From: Stackebrandtia albiflava
GTDB lineage: Bacteria > Actinomycetota > Actinomycetes > Mycobacteriales > Micromonosporaceae
DNA length: 64,000 nucleotides
Direction: 5' to 3'
Assembly (NCBI RefSeq): GCF_007994225.1
Contig: NZ_VLLL01000007.1
Location: forward strand, 365,686 to 429,685
Each line of letters starts with the position of its first letter. The first letter of the stretch is position 1. Below are positions 60,168 to 64,000 of this stretch, piece after piece. Position numbers and translations under genes: made by a program. The notes under the pieces were generated by a model. The model ran no database searches and was not told the DNA's origin. It was given only the letters and a program-made list of their open reading frames with translations.

Positions 60168-61234
60168 ACCGTCAGGTCGAACCCGCGGAGGTGAGGTACG
60201 CCGCCGAACTGGCGCTGCTCGCCGAGGAGAGCGGCCCGCGTCCACCCGGATGGCGCCTGACCCCCTCGGCCGTCGTCACGTTCATCATGGGCGACGGAGG
60301 CCGGATCAGCGGCAAGTTCCTCGGCGACCGCGCCCTGGTGGAACGCGCCGTCATCACACTGGCGGGCCGCCGCGGCCTGCTGCTGGTGGGGGAACCGGGT
60401 ACCGCGAAGTCGATGCTGTCGGAGCTGTTGACGGCCGCGATCAGCGGCGACAGCTCCCGCACCGTGCAGGGCAGCGCGGGCACCCACGAGGAGCAGTTGC
60501 GGTACGGCTGGAACTACCAGCTCCTGTTGGCGAAGGGACCGTCGGCGGAGGCACTGGTGCCCTCGCCGATCCTGTCGGCCATGCGCGCCGGGGCGGTCGC
60601 CCGGATCGAGGAGGTGACCCGCTGCCTCCCCGAGGTGCAGGACGCCCTGGTGTCGGTGCTGTCGGAACGCCACATGTCGGTCCCCGAGCTGGGTGAGACC
60701 GAGTACGCCGTCGACGGCTTCAACGTGATCGCCACCGCCAACCTGCGCGACCGGGGCGTCAACGAGATGAGCGCCGCCCTGAAGCGCCGGTTCAACTTCG
60801 AGGTCATCGAACCCATCGGGTCGCTGGAGGCCGAGACCGCCCTGGTGAAGCGGGAGGCGATGCGCACCATCACGGGCGGCAACGCACCGGCCGAAGTGGA
60901 CGACGCGGTGGTCGAGGCGCTGGTGACGGTGTTCCGCGACCTGCGGCAGGGCCGCACGGTCGAGGGCTGGCCGGTGGAACGGACCACCGCCGTCCTCAGC
61001 ACCGCCGAGGCGGTCGCGGTCGCCGGTTCGCTGGGCCTCCAGTCGGCGTACTTCTCCGTCGGCGACCCGGTGTCGCTACTGCCGGGGCACCTGCTCGGCG
61101 TCGCCAGGAAGGACGATCCCGCCGACCAGGCCAAACTCGTCGGGTACTGGGATTCCACGATCCGGCGTCGGGCCGAGGGCGGCGCCCGGTTGTGGAAACG
61201 GCTCTACGAGCTCCGGCACGTCGTCGGCGAGTGA
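60164..61234 (+). CDS. MoxR-like AAA+ ATPase (CbbQ/NirQ/NorQ/GvpN-type)
   Basis: Walker A GEPGTAKS, Walker B/sensor ARIEEV...VIATANL, and ALKRRF. The ATG overlaps the upstream stop as ATGA. Confidence 0.85.
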   Translation: MNRQVEPAEVRYAAELALLAEESGPRPPGWRLTPSAVVTFIMGDGGRISGKFLGDRALVERAVITLAGRRGLLLVGEPGTAKSMLSELLTAAISGDSSRTVQGSAGTHEEQLRYGWNYQLLLAKGPSAEALVPSPILSAMRAGAVARIEEVTRCLPEVQDALVSVLSERHMSVPELGETEYAVDGFNVIATANLRDRGVNEMSAALKRRFNFEVIEPIGSLEAETALVKREAMRTITGGNAPAEVDDAVVEALVTVFRDLRQGRTVEGWPVERTTAVLSTAEAVAVAGSLGLQSAYFSVGDPVSLLPGHLLGVARKDDPADQAKLVGYWDSTIRRRAEGGARLWKRLYELRHVVGE

Positions 61235-64000
61235 CCGTGACCGATCCCTCCCAAGCCGTGGAACGGCTCGTCACCAGCAGTGCGCCCTTCCTGATCGGGG
61301 TCCGGCACCACTCGGCGGCGCTGGCGGTGGCGGTGCCGGAGCTGCTGAACGCCGCCGCCCCCGACGCCGTGCTCGTCGAGCTGCCGGTGGAGCTGCAGGA
61401 GTGGCTTCCGTGGCTCGCCCACCCGGAGACGACGACGCCGGTCGCGCTGGCGATCGCCCGGCCGGACGGCGCCCGGCTCGGCTTCTACCCGTTCGCGGAC
61501 TTCTCCCCCGAGTTGGCCGCGTTGCGGTGGGCCGCCGCCAACGGCGTCCCCGCCCACGCGATCGACGTCACCGTCGACCGGAACGACGACTCGCCGCGGC
61601 GCGGTGTCGGTGACCTGCTCCGCAGGCACGCCGGGACCGACACCTTGGAGGCCGCCTGGGACCGGCTCGTCGAGACCCCCTCGTACGGCGCCGATCCCGA
61701 ACGGGTGCGCCGCGCCGCGCTCGCCTACGGCTGGGCGGTCCGCGCCGACGCCGACCCGGTGAGCGACGCCGACCTGGTCCGCGAGACGCACATGCGCCAC
61801 CGGTTGCGTGAGGTCGGCGCGGCGCGTCCCGCCGTGGTGGTCGGCGCGTTCCACGCCGCCGCCTTCGTCGAACCCGCGCCCGAGATGCCGTTGCCGGCGG
61901 CACGCGAGGACGTGGTGACATCCCTGATCCCGTACAACTTCGCGCTGCTGGACTCCCGGTCGGGCTACCCGGCGGGAGTGCGGGACCCCGGTTGGCATCA
62001 GGAGGTCGTGCTGTCGAAGGGGCGGCCGGAGGCGTTGGACGACGCGGTGGCGCTCCTGGCGGCCCGGGTGTGCGCGCGGCTGCGGGCCGACGGCCACGTC
62101 GCGGGCACCCCGGACGCCGTCGCCGTCTACACGATGGCCCGGGAGCTGGCGAGCCTGCGCGGCCTGCCCGCGCCGGGCCGGGCGGAACTGGTGGAGGGAC
62201 TGCAGTCCGCGCTGGCGCAGGGGGAACCCCTGGGCCGGGCGCGCGCGGTCGCCAAGGCCGCCGAACAGGTCCTGGTCGGGGAGCGGCGCGGCCGGATCGC
62301 GGGGGAGGCGCCCCGTTCCGGGCTGGTCGCGCACGTGGCGGACCTGCGCAAGGAGTTGCGGCTTCCGGTGCGCGACAGGGCATTCCGGCTCGACCCGTTC
62401 CGGTCGCCGCTCGACCGCCGCCGGCACGTGGCGATGTTCCGGATGCGTGCCGCCGGCATCGACTACGCCCAACCCGGCGAGATGACCGGCGTCGCCGGCG
62501 CGGAGTCCGTCACCAAGACCTGGGAGGCACACTGGACACCCGCCAGTGACGCCACGGTGGAACTGGCGGGCGTCTACGGCCCCGACCTCGCCACCGCCGC
62601 CGAGGGACGGCTCACCTGGCGGCTCCGCCGGGGCACCTCCGTCACCGAGATACTCGACGAGGCCGCCGAGGCGGGCCTACCGGAGTTGACGGCACGACTG
62701 ATCGCGGAGATCGGTGACACGTTCCCCGCCACGGCGGGCCTGGTCGAGCTGCTGGACGCGTACCGGCAGGTCCACCGCATCCGGTCCGGGGGCGTGCCGG
62801 GCATCCCGACGCCGCCGGCGAACGCCGACCGGACCGCCACGCGCCTCATGACCACGGCCGTGTCCGGTGTGGACGGCTACGCCGGCGCGGACTCCCCCGT
62901 CGAACTCGCCGCGCTGCGGGACCTGATCGGACTCGCCGACGACACGCACCGGGAATCACTGGTGTGGCAACTGGAACGGATGACCGACACCGCCGGACCC
63001 GCCGCGCAGGGCGCGATCGCCGCCGCACTGGTGCGGCTGTCCGCCCGGGACTCCGACTGGCTCACCGGCCGGATCACCGGCTGGGTGGACGCCGGCGGCC
63101 CCACCCTGGGCGACCGGTTGCGCGGTGTGCTCGTGATGGCGGGGCCGATGCTGGAGGCGTCCTCGGAGTCGCTGACCGGGCTGACCGAACGGATCGGCGC
63201 CTGGTCGCCGGAACGTTTCCTCGACCGGCTTCCCGCGCTCCGCAAGGGATTCGACACGCTGTCCACGGCCGCGCGCGACCGGCTGCTCGCGACCCTGGAA
63301 CTCGACGCGATACCGGACACGACGGATGACCCGGCGGACCTCGCCCGCTGGGAGGCCGCCGACCGCGCCGGGTACGCCGCCGTGGCCGCCATGCTCCCGG
63401 CCCCGGCCGAGACCCCCGACGCACCGGCCGCACCGGCCACCGCCGGTGCCATGTCACCCGAGACGGCGCACCGCTGGCGTCTCATCCTCGGACGGCAGGC
63501 GGAGAAGCTGCCCGTCGAGCAGCGCAGGCTCGCCCGGGCGCTCGACGAACTGTACGGCCGCGGACACGGCGAGGGCTCCGCCGGAGGCGGGCTCGAGGCA
63601 CCGTATCCGTCGGCGAGGGAGTGGGCCGAGGACCTGACCGAACTGTTCGGCGAACGGGTGCGCGAGGAGGTGCTCGGCGCCGCCGCCGCGCGCGGCCGGA
63701 ACGACGTGGTGTCTGAACTGGACCCGGAACGGGTCGAGCCCTCGGTGGACCTGCTGCAGAACGTGTTGTCGCTGGCGGGCGCGCTTCCGGAGTCGAGGCT
63801 CGCCGTGCTGCGGCCCATCGTCGCGCGGATCGTCGACCAGCTCGTCAAGGCGCTGGCGACCCGGATGCGCCCGGCCCTGACCGGGTTGACGGTGCCGCGA
63901 CCGACGTTCCGTCCCACCGGCCGGCTCGACCTGTCCGGAACGCTGCGCCGCAATCTTCACACCGCCCGGATGCGGGACGACGTACTGGAACTGGCCGTGG
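61231..64000 (+). CDS. large protein with a C-terminal CoxE-like VWA module; 3'-truncated by the window end
   Basis: Frame 1 is open from the GTG at 61231 to the window end. This ORF is absent from the ORF track, I think because it has no stop. The C-terminal region VLRPIVARIVDQLVKALATRMRPALTGLTVPRPTFRPTGRLDLSGTLRRNLHTARMRDDVLELAV is the hallmark lead-in of CoxE-type VWA proteins, which partner with MoxR ATPases. Confidence 0.7.
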   Translation, partial: MTVTDPSQAVERLVTSSAPFLIGVRHHSAALAVAVPELLNAAAPDAVLVELPVELQEWLPWLAHPETTTPVALAIARPDGARLGFYPFADFSPELAALRWAAANGVPAHAIDVTVDRNDDSPRRGVGDLLRRHAGTDTLEAAWDRLVETPSYGADPERVRRAALAYGWAVRADADPVSDADLVRETHMRHRLREVGAARPAVVVGAFHAAAFVEPAPEMPLPAAREDVVTSLIPYNFALLDSRSGYPAGVRDPGWHQEVVLSKGRPEALDDAVALLAARVCARLRADGHVAGTPDAVAVYTMARELASLRGLPAPGRAELVEGLQSALAQGEPLGRARAVAKAAEQVLVGERRGRIAGEAPRSGLVAHVADLRKELRLPVRDRAFRLDPFRSPLDRRRHVAMFRMRAAGIDYAQPGEMTGVAGAESVTKTWEAHWTPASDATVELAGVYGPDLATAAEGRLTWRLRRGTSVTEILDEAAEAGLPELTARLIAEIGDTFPATAGLVELLDAYRQVHRIRSGGVPGIPTPPANADRTATRLMTTAVSGVDGYAGADSPVELAALRDLIGLADDTHRESLVWQLERMTDTAGPAAQGAIAAALVRLSARDSDWLTGRITGWVDAGGPTLGDRLRGVLVMAGPMLEASSESLTGLTERIGAWSPERFLDRLPALRKGFDTLSTAARDRLLATLELDAIPDTTDDPADLARWEAADRAGYAAVAAMLPAPAETPDAPAAPATAGAMSPETAHRWRLILGRQAEKLPVEQRRLARALDELYGRGHGEGSAGGGLEAPYPSAREWAEDLTELFGERVREEVLGAAAARGRNDVVSELDPERVEPSVDLLQNVLSLAGALPESRLAVLRPIVARIVDQLVKALATRMRPALTGLTVPRPTFRPTGRLDLSGTLRRNLHTARMRDDVLELAV

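Noticed and set aside
61204-62532. 442-aa ORF on the minus strand
   Set aside because: Antisense to the open plus-strand frame 61231 to end, which carries the CoxE-VWA hallmark. The plus frame was preferred.
1-64000. tRNA, rRNA, IS transposases, integrases, CRISPR arrays
   Set aside because: No cloverleaf-compatible low-GC segments, no DDE or tyrosine-recombinase motifs in any ORF, and no spacer-interrupted direct repeats were seen by eye. A tRNAscan or ISfinder run would be needed to be certain.

Overview
High-GC (about 70-73%) actinomycete chromosomal segment, Streptomyces-like by gene content. No rRNA, tRNA, CRISPR array or recognisable transposase was found. The provided ORF coordinates include the stop codon, and GTG/TTG starts are shown as M.

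Layout, 5' to 3':
- 1-1.3 kb: tail of an unknown gene, a NUDIX hydrolase and a convergent GNAT acetyltransferase.
- 1.5-3.3 kb: M48 (HtpX-like) metallopeptidase and a fructosamine-3-kinase-family kinase.
- 2.85-7.9 kb, minus strand: a complete actinobacterial Tad/Flp pilus locus in the Rv3654c-Rv3660c arrangement (TadE-like x2, Flp pilin, TadC, TadB, CpaF/TadA ATPase, Ssd/CpaE-like ATPase).
- 7.97-8.9 kb: a 900-bp non-coding region with clustered DnaA-box-like motifs and 17-bp degenerate tandem repeats.
- 8.9-16.5 kb: a partner-switching signalling cluster. It holds a STAS anti-sigma antagonist, a response regulator, a 1464-aa hybrid histidine kinase (poly-HAMP array of 276-bp DNA repeats, GAF, HisKA/HATPase, REC), and a divergent RsbW-like/GAF/PP2C phosphatase. 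The 3' end of the phosphatase gene is duplicated as 42-bp direct repeats around a small HTH-gene insertion.
- 17-29 kb: housekeeping and miscellaneous genes (AlkD-like, oligopeptidase B, TetR with a monooxygenase and palindromic operators, ABM monooxygenase). These are followed by a 4-gene operon of unknown proteins, one carrying a WXG-like motif, then a TIGR03086/DinB-like gene, a paralogous membrane protein, a GH35 beta-galactosidase and a small EF-hand-like Asp-rich protein.
- 29-38 kb: a DinB_2 gene, then an NfeD-flotillin pair followed by a 1653-aa protein with a C-terminal AAA+ domain.
- 38-49 kb: small unknown genes, MFS transporter, a lower-GC accessory patch (XRE regulators, an Scr1/DUF5753 + DUF397 pair, small SD-preceded ORFs, a duplicated gene fragment), a DHFR-family gene and tandem membrane-protein paralogs, one frameshifted.
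- 49.2-64 kb (runs off the window): the most unusual feature, a translationally coupled operon. It encodes three tandem 8-cysteine small peptide paralogs with a conserved leader, a 301-aa protein, two tandem giant paralogs (about 1500 aa each), a MoxR-like AAA+ ATPase, and a large protein ending in a CoxE-like VWA domain.
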